In this document: positions 1 to 9,089 of the stretch, piece by piece | How the letters are laid out: every line of letters begins with the position of its first letter | How positions within the stretch are numbered: the first letter of the stretch is position 1 | Assembly (NCBI GenBank): GCA_964607485.1 | Contig: CAZSKP010000007.1 | Span: forward strand, 1 to 58,106 | Source of the DNA: an uncultured bacterium | Lineage (GTDB): Bacteria > Abyssobacteria > SURF-5 | Direction of reading: 5' to 3' | DNA: 58,106 nucleotides | The notes under the pieces: model-generated | The model's input: only the letters and a program-made list of their open reading frames with translations | The model's database searches: none | What the model was told of the DNA's origin: nothing | Position numbers and translations under genes: made by a program

Positions 1-1
1 G

Positions 2-1594
2 GGCCCGGCCGTGTGGGCGCCGCGCGCGCAGGCCGACAAGAAGGCCTATCATCTCAAGATGAAGCACGTCCTCGAAGAGGCCGACGGGCTCGACCTGAAA
101 CAGGCGCTCGTCGAGGACATCTGCGTCGAGAACGGGCGCGTCGCGGGCGTCGTGACGCAGACTCACACGAAGTTCGAGGGCCGCGCGGTCATCATCACGA
201 CGGGCACCTTCCTTCGTGGGCTGATTCACATCGGGCTGTCGCAGCACGAGGCCGGCAGGGCGGGGGAGTTTCCGTCGCGGCGGCTCTCCGATGCGCTCGA
301 ACGAGCCGGATTCGAGCTGGCGCGGTTGAAGACGGGCACTCCGCCCCGCATAAACAGGAACACGGTGGACCTCTCGGCCTTCACGGAACAGCCGGGCGAC
401 GTGCCGCCGCCGCCGTTCTCGTTCTCGACCGAAAGAATCGACCGCGAGCAGGTTCCGTGCTATCTCGGCTACACGAACGAGCGCACGCACGAGGTCATCC
501 GCAACAACCTCGACCGCTCGCCGCTTTATTCCGGCAAAATCGTCGGCATCGGCCCGCGCTATTGCCCGTCCATCGAGGACAAGGTCGTCAAATTTCCGGA
601 CAAGCAGCGGCACCAGATTTTTCTCGAGCCCGAGGGAATCGAAACGGACGAGCTGTACTGCAACGGAATCTCCAGCAGCCTGCCCGAAGACGTGCAGCTC
701 AAATTCCTGCGCACCATCCGCGGGCTCGAGCACGCCGAGATCATGCGCCACGCCTACGCCATTGAGTACGACTTCGCGCCACCCTCGCAGATACGGCCAA
801 CGATGGAAACGAAGCGGGTCGAAGGCCTGTACTTCGCCGGGCAGATAAACGGCACCTCCGGCTACGAAGAGGCCGCCGCGCAGGGGCTGATGGCCGGCAT
901 CAACGCGGCGCTCAAGCTACGGGGCGAGCCGCCGCTCGTCCTCGACCGCTCTGAAGCCTACATCGGCGTGCTCATGGACGACTTGGTCACGAAGGAGATA
1001 CGCGAGCCCTATCGCATGTTCACGGCGCGGGCGGAATACCGCCTCCTGCTCCGGCAGGACAACGCCGACCTGCGTCTGATGCCCATCGGACGCCGGCTCG
1101 GGCTGGTGGACGACGCCGCGTTCAAGAGGCTCGAGAAAAAGCGGGAGCGAATCGAGGAGGAATTGCACCGGCTGAGAAGCCACAGGGTCTCGCCGTCGGA
1201 CGGCATAAACGGAATTCTGCGCGAACGCGGGACGGGGCCTCTCAAGGACGGGACGACGCTGGAGCATCTGCTGCGGCGGCCCGAGCTGTGCGTCGCCGAC
1301 GTGTACGCGATGGCCGGGCTGGCGCTGCCCGACGACAGCGTGTCGGAGCAGGTCGGGATAGAGGTGAAATACGAGGGCTACATCAAGCGCCAGCTCGCGC
1401 AGATAGAGAGATTCAAGAAACTGGAGGACACGACGATTCCCGATGACCTCGATTACTCCCGCCTTCACGGGCTCTCGACCGAGGGCCGAGAAAAACTCTC
1501 CCGGCTGCGTCCCCTCTCGCTCGGCCAGGCGGCTCGCATCTCCGGCGTCAGCCCGTCCGACATCTCCATCCTGATGGTCTATCTGAAAAAGTGA
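2..1594 (+). CDS. mnmG: tRNA uridine-5-carboxymethylaminomethyl(34) synthesis enzyme MnmG/GidA (5' truncated by window edge)
   Basis: [50 protein letters not shown] and [12 protein letters not shown] motifs; frame is open from the window start. Confidence 0.98.
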   Translation, partial: GPAVWAPRAQADKKAYHLKMKHVLEEADGLDLKQALVEDICVENGRVAGVVTQTHTKFEGRAVIITTGTFLRGLIHIGLSQHEAGRAGEFPSRRLSDALERAGFELARLKTGTPPRINRNTVDLSAFTEQPGDVPPPPFSFSTERIDREQVPCYLGYTNERTHEVIRNNLDRSPLYSGKIVGIGPRYCPSIEDKVVKFPDKQRHQIFLEPEGIETDELYCNGISSSLPEDVQLKFLRTIRGLEHAEIMRHAYAIEYDFAPPSQIRPTMETKRVEGLYFAGQINGTSGYEEAAAQGLMAGINAALKLRGEPPLVLDRSEAYIGVLMDDLVTKEIREPYRMFTARAEYRLLLRQDNADLRLMPIGRRLGLVDDAAFKRLEKKRERIEEELHRLRSHRVSPSDGINGILRERGTGPLKDGTTLEHLLRRPELCVADVYAMAGLALPDDSVSEQVGIEVKYEGYIKRQLAQIERFKKLEDTTIPDDLDYSRLHGLSTEGREKLSRLRPLSLGQAARISGVSPSDISILMVYLKK

Positions 1595-1627
1595 GCATCC
1601 TCGTCGCGACGGCCGAAATGATTCAGA

Positions 1628-1743
1628 GTCATTGCGAGGGAGAATCACAGACTCGACCGAAGCAATCTCGGAGGCCTTTTCCCCAATGCCATCGGGGTTG
1701 CTTCGTCGCCCGAGCTTGCAGCTCTTTGCTTCTCGCAATGACG
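1628..1743. repeat. Palindromic GTCAT...ATGAC element (RPE/MITE-like)
   Basis: Terminal inverted repeat GTCATTGCGAG / CTCGCAATGAC plus inner arms GAAGCAATC / GGTTGCTTC. Confidence 0.8.
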
Positions 1744-1804
1744 AGGTCGGGAAACGTTTTTGGGCGAGGAATCACTTGGGCAATGCGCCGTCAAGACCTG
1801 ATCC

Positions 1805-1831
1805 ATTAACATTGACAGTCTTATGCGGATT
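1805..1831 (+). repeat. Copy 1 of a 27-bp direct repeat (duplicated mod promoter core)
   Basis: attaacattgacagtcttatgcggatt matches 3201-3227 with 2 mismatches. Confidence 0.85.
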
Positions 1832-2324
1832 AAGATAAGTACCTTGTTCCCGTAAATCCCGAGGCCTCCGCGAATCCCCATATGACTTAACCTAAAGGTC
1901 AATTATCGAACCAAAGACGCTCAACAAGATGCTGTAGCTTCCCATATTTTCTCCTCGCCGTTTCGGGGATAGCAGAGAGAAAATCCCTCTCTTCATAAGG
2001 CCTTGCGCCGTTCGTGTATAGGCTCGTTCAACCCGGACTCATCACTCCCCAGGCCTGATGGGTGCTTGGACTGCGCAGGAGTATCATCTGCGCAGGCTCG
2101 CGAGTTTATCGCTTTACATGCATACCTGAGATTGTTATATTTCAAAGGAAGAGAGTTTAAGGAAATGAGAGAATTTGACGAAAAACTGAGATTAAAGGTC
2201 GTAAGCGACCCCGATTTAACCCCCCGGAGAATTAAAGAAAGGGGGAATGTGATGGGACAAAAGCGAAGCCAAGACATTATGAGTGGAGAAATTTTGAAGT
2301 GGGTTACAAAAAAGGAGAACGACA

Positions 2325-2990
2325 ATGGCTGAGCAACATGTCTTAAGAGAAGGAGAAATGGGAAGAATGACTCTAACGACCGGCTCCCTAGGTGAAGCAA
2401 TCGGAGGAGCAGGCGGAGTGGTTCTCTCCATACTTGGGTTGACAGGCATTCTGCCCGTTCAGTTGGCGGCCGTGGGCGCGATTGCGCTCGGCGGAGGTCT
2501 CCTGTTCGAGGGCGGCGCTATAGCGGCTCGCTATACGAAGCTCGTCCCTCATATGGGCGAAAGCTGGGTTAACCTGGCAGAGCTTGGCGGCGGAATGACG
2601 GCCGAGTTCATGGGCGGAGCCGCTGCAATGCTGCTAGGCATTCTGGCGCTGCTGGGAGTAGCGCCGATGATATTGCTGCCTGTCACCGCGCTTGTGTTCG
2701 GTGGAACGCTGGTGTTCGGAACCGGCGTCACAACGAGGCTGCGGCATCTCGATGTACCAGAGTCGAAGTACCATCAACACCTCCAGGAGATGATCCGCGA
2801 GGCGATGGCGGCCGCGGCTGGCGTTCAGTTGCTCATCGGACTTGGAGCATCCGCGCTGGGAATCATCGCGCTGGTGGGCGTCGCCAATCCGACGATGCTG
2901 TCGCTGGTGGCCTTCCTGGCGGTCGGATCCTCGATTCTGCTGAGCGGATCCGCAATAACCGCAAGGATGCTTAGCATCTTCCAGCACTAG
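2325..2990 (+). CDS. Gly/Ala-rich integral membrane protein of unknown function (about 6 TM, three internal repeats)
   Basis: AAGGAG RBS, 221-aa hydrophobic ORF, downstream terminator-like hairpin. Confidence 0.8.
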   Translation: MAEQHVLREGEMGRMTLTTGSLGEAIGGAGGVVLSILGLTGILPVQLAAVGAIALGGGLLFEGGAIAARYTKLVPHMGESWVNLAELGGGMTAEFMGGAAAMLLGILALLGVAPMILLPVTALVFGGTLVFGTGVTTRLRHLDVPESKYHQHLQEMIREAMAAAAGVQLLIGLGASALGIIALVGVANPTMLSLVAFLAVGSSILLSGSAITARMLSIFQH

Positions 2991-3112
2991 GAATACCGCC
3001 GGACCTCCAACTGAGAAAGGAGTAGAGCGGATATAAGGAAAGGAAAAGGTAGAGCGAATTTGAGATATGAGTGAAGGCTGCAGAGGCGGGTAACCTCTGC
3101 GGCCGGCAGCAA

Positions 3113-3152
3113 AGGGGGCATATCCTCAAAGAGAGGGTATGTCCTTTTGTTT
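3113..3152 (+). terminator. Rho-independent terminator
   Basis: GGGCATATCCTC / GAGGGTATGTCC stem (with G-U pairs) followed by TTTTGTTT; a second hairpin lies at 3076-3104. Confidence 0.6.
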
Positions 3153-3200
3153 AATACAAATCGATCCGGATGAGAAACCGGCGAAGCGGCGTCCGCGAAG

Positions 3201-3236
3201 ATTGACGTTGACAGTCTTATGCGGATTTGTCATAAT
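3201..3236 (+). promoter_or_regulatory. Sigma70 promoter of modE-modABC with overlapping candidate operator (copy 2 of the direct repeat)
   Basis: TTGACA (3208-3213), 17 bp, CATAAT (3231-3236); inverted repeat TTATG-N9-CATAA overlaps the spacer and -10. Confidence 0.7.
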
Positions 3237-3268
3237 GAACACAGTCAGTTCATCCGAAGGAACGCAGC

Positions 3269-3658
3269 ATGGACAAATTCGACGAGTTCCTCAAGCGTCA
3301 CGTCGGCGTGCGCTCGAAAGTGTGGATCGAGGCCGACGGGCTTCCCTTGATCGGCTCGGGCAGGGCCGACCTGCTCAGGGCGGTGGACAGGACCGGCTCC
3401 ATCAACGCGGCCGCGAAGGAGCTTGGGATGGATTATCGCCGGGCGTGGGGACTGATCGACAGCATGGAGCGGCGCCTGAAGTTCAAACTGGTCGTGCGCC
3501 GGCGCGGCGGCTCCGGCAGGGGCACTTCGCTCACCGACGAAGCCCGCAGGCTGCTCGATTTATACGAACGATTCAACGAGCGGTCGCAGAGTTCCACCGA
3601 CCGCCAATTTCGTCACATCTTCCGGCGGCATCAAAAGGAGACGAAACATGAAGATTAG
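3269..3658 (+). CDS. modE: Short ModE-family winged-helix regulator (no molybdate-binding TOBE domains)
   Basis: KVWIE...GSGRADLLRAVDRTGSINAAAKELGMDYRRAW...RRGGSGRGTSLT; directly upstream of modABC. Confidence 0.88.
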   Translation: MDKFDEFLKRHVGVRSKVWIEADGLPLIGSGRADLLRAVDRTGSINAAAKELGMDYRRAWGLIDSMERRLKFKLVVRRRGGSGRGTSLTDEARRLLDLYERFNERSQSSTDRQFRHIFRRHQKETKHED

Positions 3659-4478
3659 ACAGGTGGCGGCGCTCGCCGCATTGCTTGTGGCCTCGTCATG
3701 GACTATTCCGGCGAGCGCCGGAGAAATCGAATTCTTTGCCGGGTCGGCCTCTAAGCCGGCGACACAGGAGCTCGTCGAGCTTTTTGAAGCCGAGACGGGT
3801 CACACCGTCAGGCTCCATTTCGGCAGCTCGGGGAATTTGCTTTCCCAGATGAAAATCGCGCACCGTGGAGACCTCTATTTTCCCGGCTCTCCCGACTACA
3901 TGAACCGCGCGAAGCAGGACGGCGTCGTCGTCGCCGACACCGAAAGAATCGTGACCTACTTGATTCCGGCGATAAACGTGCAGAGGGGGAACCCGAAGGG
4001 GATAAAGACGCTGAGCGACCTGGCCGGGGACGACGTGCGCGTTGCCATCGGGAATCCGCACCACGTGTGCGTCGGACTGTACGCGGTCGAGGTATTGGAG
4101 AAGAACAACCTCGCGCGCGAGGTCCGGCCGAGAATCATCGGTTACACGGAAAGCTGCGCCAATACTGCGAACATCGTGGCCCTCAACGGCGCCGACGCCG
4201 CGTTGGGCTGGCGCGTGTTCGAGTCGTGGAACCCGGAAAAAATACAGACCGTCCTCCTTCGGCCTGACCAGATACCTCGAATCAGCTACATGCCGATAGC
4301 CGTGTCCTCGTTTTCCGAGAATCCCGAGCTCGCCCGACAGTTCATCGAATACGCCTGCTCCGATAAAGGCAGGAAGATTTTCGAGAAATGGGGATACCTG
4401 ACCAAAGAGGAAGATGCCCGCAAATATGCGCCGAATGCGTCGATAGGCGGGGGTTATGTCCTCCCAGAGGGGTGGTGA
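3648..4478 (+). CDS. modA: Molybdate/tungstate ABC transporter substrate-binding protein
   Basis: Signal peptide, AGSAS and FGSSGNLLSQ motifs, GNP loop, operon context. Confidence 0.9.
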   Translation: MKIRQVAALAALLVASSWTIPASAGEIEFFAGSASKPATQELVELFEAETGHTVRLHFGSSGNLLSQMKIAHRGDLYFPGSPDYMNRAKQDGVVVADTERIVTYLIPAINVQRGNPKGIKTLSDLAGDDVRVAIGNPHHVCVGLYAVEVLEKNNLAREVRPRIIGYTESCANTANIVALNGADAALGWRVFESWNPEKIQTVLLRPDQIPRISYMPIAVSSFSENPELARQFIEYACSDKGRKIFEKWGYLTKEEDARKYAPNASIGGGYVLPEGW

Positions 4479-4487
4479 GACGAGCCG

Positions 4488-5315
4488 GTGCCGAATTCAT
4501 TGGAAACCGAATCGAGGCAGAGTCGCTTCGTTTCCGCGCCGTTTGAGAAGGCGACGTTCGCCCTGCCTATGGTTCTGGTAGTCCTTTTCTACCTGACCGT
4601 GCTGTTCCTGACTTTCCAGGATTATCCGCCTGTGAAAATCTTCGAGATCGCGCTATCCTCGGAGATAAGGCACGCGATTTTCCTGAGCCTGACGACCGCC
4701 ACCGTTGCAAGCGCGATAGCCATGGCGCTGGGCGTTCCGACCGCGTACTTTCTCGCCCGCCGCCATTTTCCGGGCAAGGCGTGGATAGACGCGCTGCTTG
4801 ACATTCCCGTGTTCATCTCGCCCATCGCCATAGGCGCATTGCTGCTGGTGGCGTTCAGCAGCCCACAGGGCAGATGGCTGCAGGACCACACCTTCGACGT
4901 GGTCTTCGAGGTGCCCGGCATCGTCGTCGCGCAGTCGACCATCGTGACCGCGCTGGCCGTCCGGTTGATGAAGGCCACGTTCGAGGCCGTTCCGCTCAGG
5001 TACGAGAAGGTGGCGCGCTCTTTGGGCTGCACGCAGTGGAAGGCATTCTGGAAAGTTGTCCTGCCGCTCTCGAAGGGCGGCCTGCTCGCCTCGGCGATTC
5101 TGGTCTGGGCGCGGGCCGTCGGCGAGTTCGGAGCGACGGTGACGCTCGCCGGCGCGACCGAGCGCAAGACGGCGACCATTCCGACTTCGATATACCTCGG
5201 CTTCGCGAGCGCCGACGTGAACCGCGCCCTGACGCTGGTCGTCATACTGACGCTGATAGCCATGCTCAGCCTGGTCGGCCTGCGCCGCGTGGCAGGCAAG
5301 GTGCCCGAACTATGA
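4488..5315 (+). CDS. modB: Molybdate/tungstate ABC transporter permease
   Basis: Multiple TM segments, EAA-like YEKVARSLGC, WARAVGEFGAT motif. Confidence 0.92.
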   Translation: MPNSLETESRQSRFVSAPFEKATFALPMVLVVLFYLTVLFLTFQDYPPVKIFEIALSSEIRHAIFLSLTTATVASAIAMALGVPTAYFLARRHFPGKAWIDALLDIPVFISPIAIGALLLVAFSSPQGRWLQDHTFDVVFEVPGIVVAQSTIVTALAVRLMKATFEAVPLRYEKVARSLGCTQWKAFWKVVLPLSKGGLLASAILVWARAVGEFGATVTLAGATERKTATIPTSIYLGFASADVNRALTLVVILTLIAMLSLVGLRRVAGKVPEL

Positions 5316-6403
5316 TCTCTCTCGACCGAATCGGGTTGGCTCTCGGAGGCTTCTCGCTCGCCGACATTTCGCTCTCCGTCGAGGACGGCGAGTATTTCAT
5401 CCTTCTCGGTCCGTCCGGAGTGGGAAAGACGACCCTGCTCGAAGCGGTCGCCGGGCTGGTTCCCGTCGGAAGCGGCCGCGTGCTGCTCGACCGTCTCGAC
5501 GTGACTCATCAGCCGCCCGAGGCGCGGCCGATCGCCTACGTGCCCCAGGACGCGTCGCTGTTCCCCCACCTGAGCGTGAAGGAGAACGTCCTGTTCGGCG
5601 CGTGCGCACGCCGCATGCCGGAGACGCGACTGCGTCCGCTGTTCGACGACCTGGTCGAATCGCTGCAGCTCGAGAAACTGTTGGACAGGAACCCCGTCAG
5701 CCTCAGCGGGGGCGAGCGCCGCCGCGTGTCGCTCGCGCGGGCGCTGCTCACGTCGCCCCGAATCTTGCTGCTCGACGAGCCTTTCAGCGGGCTCGACCCG
5801 CCCATCCGCCGCGAGCTTCAGGTATTGGTCAAACGCCTGCAGCGACATTTGAAGGGAACGTTTCTTCACGTCACGCATGACAGGGAGGAGGCGTTCATCC
5901 TTGGCGACGTGATAGCCGTGATGATAGACGGGAGAATCGAGCAGATTGCGAAGCGCAACCGGGTGTATTTCCACCCGCTCAACCCGAAGGTCGCCCGCTT
6001 CACCGGCATGGAGAACATGCTCGAGGCCGAGGTGGTCGCGGTTGACGACGACGGCTCGCGCTTCACCGTTCGATGGTTCGACAACCGGCTGACAGTGGCC
6101 TCGAACCGCTTCCGGCCGCAGGTCGGCCAGCGCGTCATCCTGGGCGTTCGGGCCGAGGAGGTCATGTTCGTCAAACCCGACAAGCCAATTCGCGAAGGCC
6201 GTGATTTCAACATCTTGACCGGCGTCCTCACGGAGATACTCGAAAAAGGGGCGACGCACACGCTTGTCATCGTCGAGGAAGCCTCTGGGCAGCCGATCAG
6301 CATGGAGCTTCCCAATTTTCTGTACCGGCGATACGAGTTTCGAGAAGGTCAGCACGTCGGCGTGCGGATACGGCCCGATAAATTTTGCGTGATGCGGAAG
6401 TGA
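5312..6403 (+). CDS. modC: Molybdate/tungstate ABC transporter ATPase with C-terminal TOBE domains (ModC/WtpC-like)
   Basis: Walker A GPSGVGKT, LSGGE signature, LLLDEPF; ATG at 5312 overlaps the modB stop (the ORF-track start at 4874 is an over-extension). Confidence 0.9.
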   Translation: MISLDRIGLALGGFSLADISLSVEDGEYFILLGPSGVGKTTLLEAVAGLVPVGSGRVLLDRLDVTHQPPEARPIAYVPQDASLFPHLSVKENVLFGACARRMPETRLRPLFDDLVESLQLEKLLDRNPVSLSGGERRRVSLARALLTSPRILLLDEPFSGLDPPIRRELQVLVKRLQRHLKGTFLHVTHDREEAFILGDVIAVMIDGRIEQIAKRNRVYFHPLNPKVARFTGMENMLEAEVVAVDDDGSRFTVRWFDNRLTVASNRFRPQVGQRVILGVRAEEVMFVKPDKPIREGRDFNILTGVLTEILEKGATHTLVIVEEASGQPISMELPNFLYRRYEFREGQHVGVRIRPDKFCVMRK

Positions 6404-6434
6404 CGGTTGATTGAGATTTCACGCGGGTCAGGTA

Positions 6435-6463
6435 TTGCAAAAGCTGGTCAAAGAATATATATT
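6435..6463 (+). promoter_or_regulatory. Putative sigma70 promoter of the RND operon
   Basis: TTGCAA, 17 bp, TATATT in an AT-rich spacer. Confidence 0.5.
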
Positions 6464-6561
6464 ACATACGGAGCCTTTAGATAATAACGCCACCCAGTTC
6501 GTTCGACGTTTCCGACAAACGGCCAGAGATTCGACCACAGGAAAGGCCGAACGGAGCCATA

Positions 6562-8013
6562 ATGCAGGCTTCCGAAACCGCCACCCGATTTCGATGCCGA
6601 GTCGTGCGAAAGAGCGCTCGGTCATTTTTCGTATCCGCATGCCTGTTGACGTGGGCTCTCTGCCTGCCGCCCCGCTCAGTGGCCGAGGACACCTCCGCTC
6701 CGACTCCTCTCAGCCTCAAGGACTGCATCGACATATCGCTGGCATCGAGCCCCGACGTGCTGGCGGCGCAGGAGCGCACCGAGCAGGCGCGGGCCGCCGT
6801 GAAGCAGGCTCAGTCGGGCTTCTATCCCAGGCTCTCGATAGGGGAGACCTTCACGCGGACCGACTATGCGCCGATGGTCTTCAGCAACAAACTTGCGCAG
6901 GGCAAACTGTCTGGCAGCTTCCCCTTTCCGCCGCCTCCCGGGTTTGACCCGTTCGCCCAATTCAACGAGCCCGGCCCGTTCAACAACTGGAACACGCAGT
7001 TGCTGCTCCAATGGCCCCTGTTTCGCGGAGGCGGAACCTACTACGGCAACCGGGCCGCCATCGCCTCGCTGGGCGCCGCCGAGTTGGCGCTCAGGACCGT
7101 CCACAACGACCTTGCATTCGCTGTTACGACCGCTTACTACGAAATCCTGAAGACCGAGAATTCCATCCGGATTGTCGAGGAATCCGTCCGGCAGATCCGG
7201 TCGCACCTCGACATCGCGAAGGCCCGCTTCGAGAACGAGGTTGCGCTCAAGTCGGACGTGCTTCGCGTGACTGTGCGGCTGGCCGAGGAGGAGGAAGCGC
7301 TCGCGATTGCCCGCCACAATCTGGAGCGAGCGAAATCGCAGCTCAACCTCGCGATGGGCCGACAGGTGAACCGTCCGCTCGAACTCGCCGGCGATGAGGC
7401 GTCGGCCTTTATCCCATCAGAGACATCTGAGAAACCCGAGGAACTCATGCAACTGGCGCGCCGACTCCGACCGGAGGTCGAGGGAATGGACAAGACCGTC
7501 GCGGCGCTCGAAAATTCGGTCGCCGCGGCCAGGGCCGGCTACTATCCTCAGATCGACGCCTTCGCTCATTATGACATCGACACGGAGGATTTCTCCGACA
7601 GCGGCGACAGTTGGACGGTAGGCGTCGGCGCGAGCCTGGCCATCTTCGACGGATTCCACACGCGCTCCGTCGTGCAGGCGGCACGGGCGCGTCTTCGCGA
7701 GGCGCAGGCCAAGAAGGAGCAGCTTCTCCTTCAGATCGACATGGACGTGAAGAACGCGTACCTGGCGAAATCGGAGGCGGCCGCGCGGCTGGCGGTGCTT
7801 GAGCAGAGCGTCGCCGAGGCCGACGAATCGCTGCGCATAGTGTCGGAGCGATACGCCGAAGGGCTCGCGCTTGTGACCGCGCTGCTCGACGCCGAGGTCG
7901 CCCTCACCAACACGCGTCTGCACAAACTCATCGCCCGGTATGATTACCTCGTTGCGACGGCTGCGCTCGACCGCGCCGTCGGCAGGATAACAGGGGAAGG
8001 ACCCGGACAATGA
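6562..8013 (+). CDS. TolC-family outer membrane efflux protein
   Basis: Signal-like N-terminus, duplicated OEP helices (SGFYPRL / AGYYPQI), ERYAEG motif; start codon uncertain. Confidence 0.9.
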   Translation: MQASETATRFRCRVVRKSARSFFVSACLLTWALCLPPRSVAEDTSAPTPLSLKDCIDISLASSPDVLAAQERTEQARAAVKQAQSGFYPRLSIGETFTRTDYAPMVFSNKLAQGKLSGSFPFPPPPGFDPFAQFNEPGPFNNWNTQLLLQWPLFRGGGTYYGNRAAIASLGAAELALRTVHNDLAFAVTTAYYEILKTENSIRIVEESVRQIRSHLDIAKARFENEVALKSDVLRVTVRLAEEEEALAIARHNLERAKSQLNLAMGRQVNRPLELAGDEASAFIPSETSEKPEELMQLARRLRPEVEGMDKTVAALENSVAAARAGYYPQIDAFAHYDIDTEDFSDSGDSWTVGVGASLAIFDGFHTRSVVQAARARLREAQAKKEQLLLQIDMDVKNAYLAKSEAAARLAVLEQSVAEADESLRIVSERYAEGLALVTALLDAEVALTNTRLHKLIARYDYLVATAALDRAVGRITGEGPGQ

Positions 8014-9071
8014 AACGACGGTATAAATTGATTCTTGCGACGATAGGCTCACTGGTCGTTCTCGTATTGATGTTTATGTGGTTGACCGGAAACCTGTCGC
8101 GGCAGGGAAAGATTCGTCCGGGCAAGCGCGAGGTGGCGGAAGTGAGTGCCGCCGGGCTCAAGACATTCGAGGTGTCGGCCGTCACGGTTCCCGTCGAAGT
8201 CGAGGCCGTGGGCACGGTGACCGCGCGTGAGGCGGCCGAGGTGTCCAGCCGAATCATGGCTGTCGTAACGAAGGTCGGCGCCGATGCGGGCGAGAAGGTG
8301 GAAAAGGGTCGGACGCTCTTTGTGCTCGATTCCCGGGATGCGCAGGCGCGGCTGACGCAGGCCCGCGAAGCGCTCGCCTCGGCCGAGGCGGCTCTCGAAC
8401 GGGCGACTCTGGATGCCGGCCGCATCGAGCGCCTCTATGAGAAGCAGGCCGCTACCAAGCAGGAATATGACGGTGCTCAGGCCGCGCTCAAGATGGCGCG
8501 GGCGTCGGTCGAGGCCGCGAAGGGGGCGGTCGGCGAGGCGGCGGCCAACCTTTCCTATACGAGGATACGTTCTCCGCTGGGCGGCAAGGTGATAGACCGC
8601 CTCGCGGACCCCGGCGACATGGCGTCGCCCGGAAGGCCGCTGATGACGGTCTATGACCCGTCAACGCTTAGGCTGGAGGTTTCGGTCGCCGAGCATCTCA
8701 GGCCGAAGGTGAACCTGGGCGACACGGTCAGGGCGTCGATCGACTCCCTCGGACTCGACTTCGAGGGCACGGTCATCGAAATCGTTCCGGCCTCCGACGC
8801 GTCGAGCCGCTCGTTCATCGTGCGCGTTTCGATTCCGCAGAGTGAGGCGGCCTACCCAGGAATGTACGGGCGAATCTGGCTGCCCGTCGGCTCGGCCGAG
8901 GCCGTTTTGATTCCCCCCGACGCCGTGGAGCACGTCGGACAACTGGAGATGGTCACCGTCGTGGAGGGCGGAGCTGCCCGCACGCGCGGAGTGAAAACGG
9001 GAAAGACATACGCCGGGGGCATCGAGGTCCTTTCGGGGCTTGTCCCGGGCGAATCGATAGCTGTGCCCTGA
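8010..9071 (+). CDS. RND efflux periplasmic adaptor (membrane fusion protein)
   Basis: N-terminal TM, lipoyl halves (GEKVEKG / IRSPLGG), coiled hairpin, PGMYGR. Confidence 0.93.
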   Translation: MKRRYKLILATIGSLVVLVLMFMWLTGNLSRQGKIRPGKREVAEVSAAGLKTFEVSAVTVPVEVEAVGTVTAREAAEVSSRIMAVVTKVGADAGEKVEKGRTLFVLDSRDAQARLTQAREALASAEAALERATLDAGRIERLYEKQAATKQEYDGAQAALKMARASVEAAKGAVGEAAANLSYTRIRSPLGGKVIDRLADPGDMASPGRPLMTVYDPSTLRLEVSVAEHLRPKVNLGDTVRASIDSLGLDFEGTVIEIVPASDASSRSFIVRVSIPQSEAAYPGMYGRIWLPVGSAEAVLIPPDAVEHVGQLEMVTVVEGGAARTRGVKTGKTYAGGIEVLSGLVPGESIAVP

Positions 9072-9089
9072 AAAATCGAAGACTTTGTA

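Noticed and set aside
1993-2400. ORFs 2003-2332 (+) and 1993-2400 (-) in the islet
   Set aside because: No RBS or recognisable motif and atypical composition. They could be pseudogene debris but I cannot support a call.
4874-5311. N-terminal extension of the ABC ATPase in the ORF track
   Set aside because: It overlaps modB out of frame and is Arg-rich nonsense. The ATG at 5312 gives a normal ATPase N-terminus.
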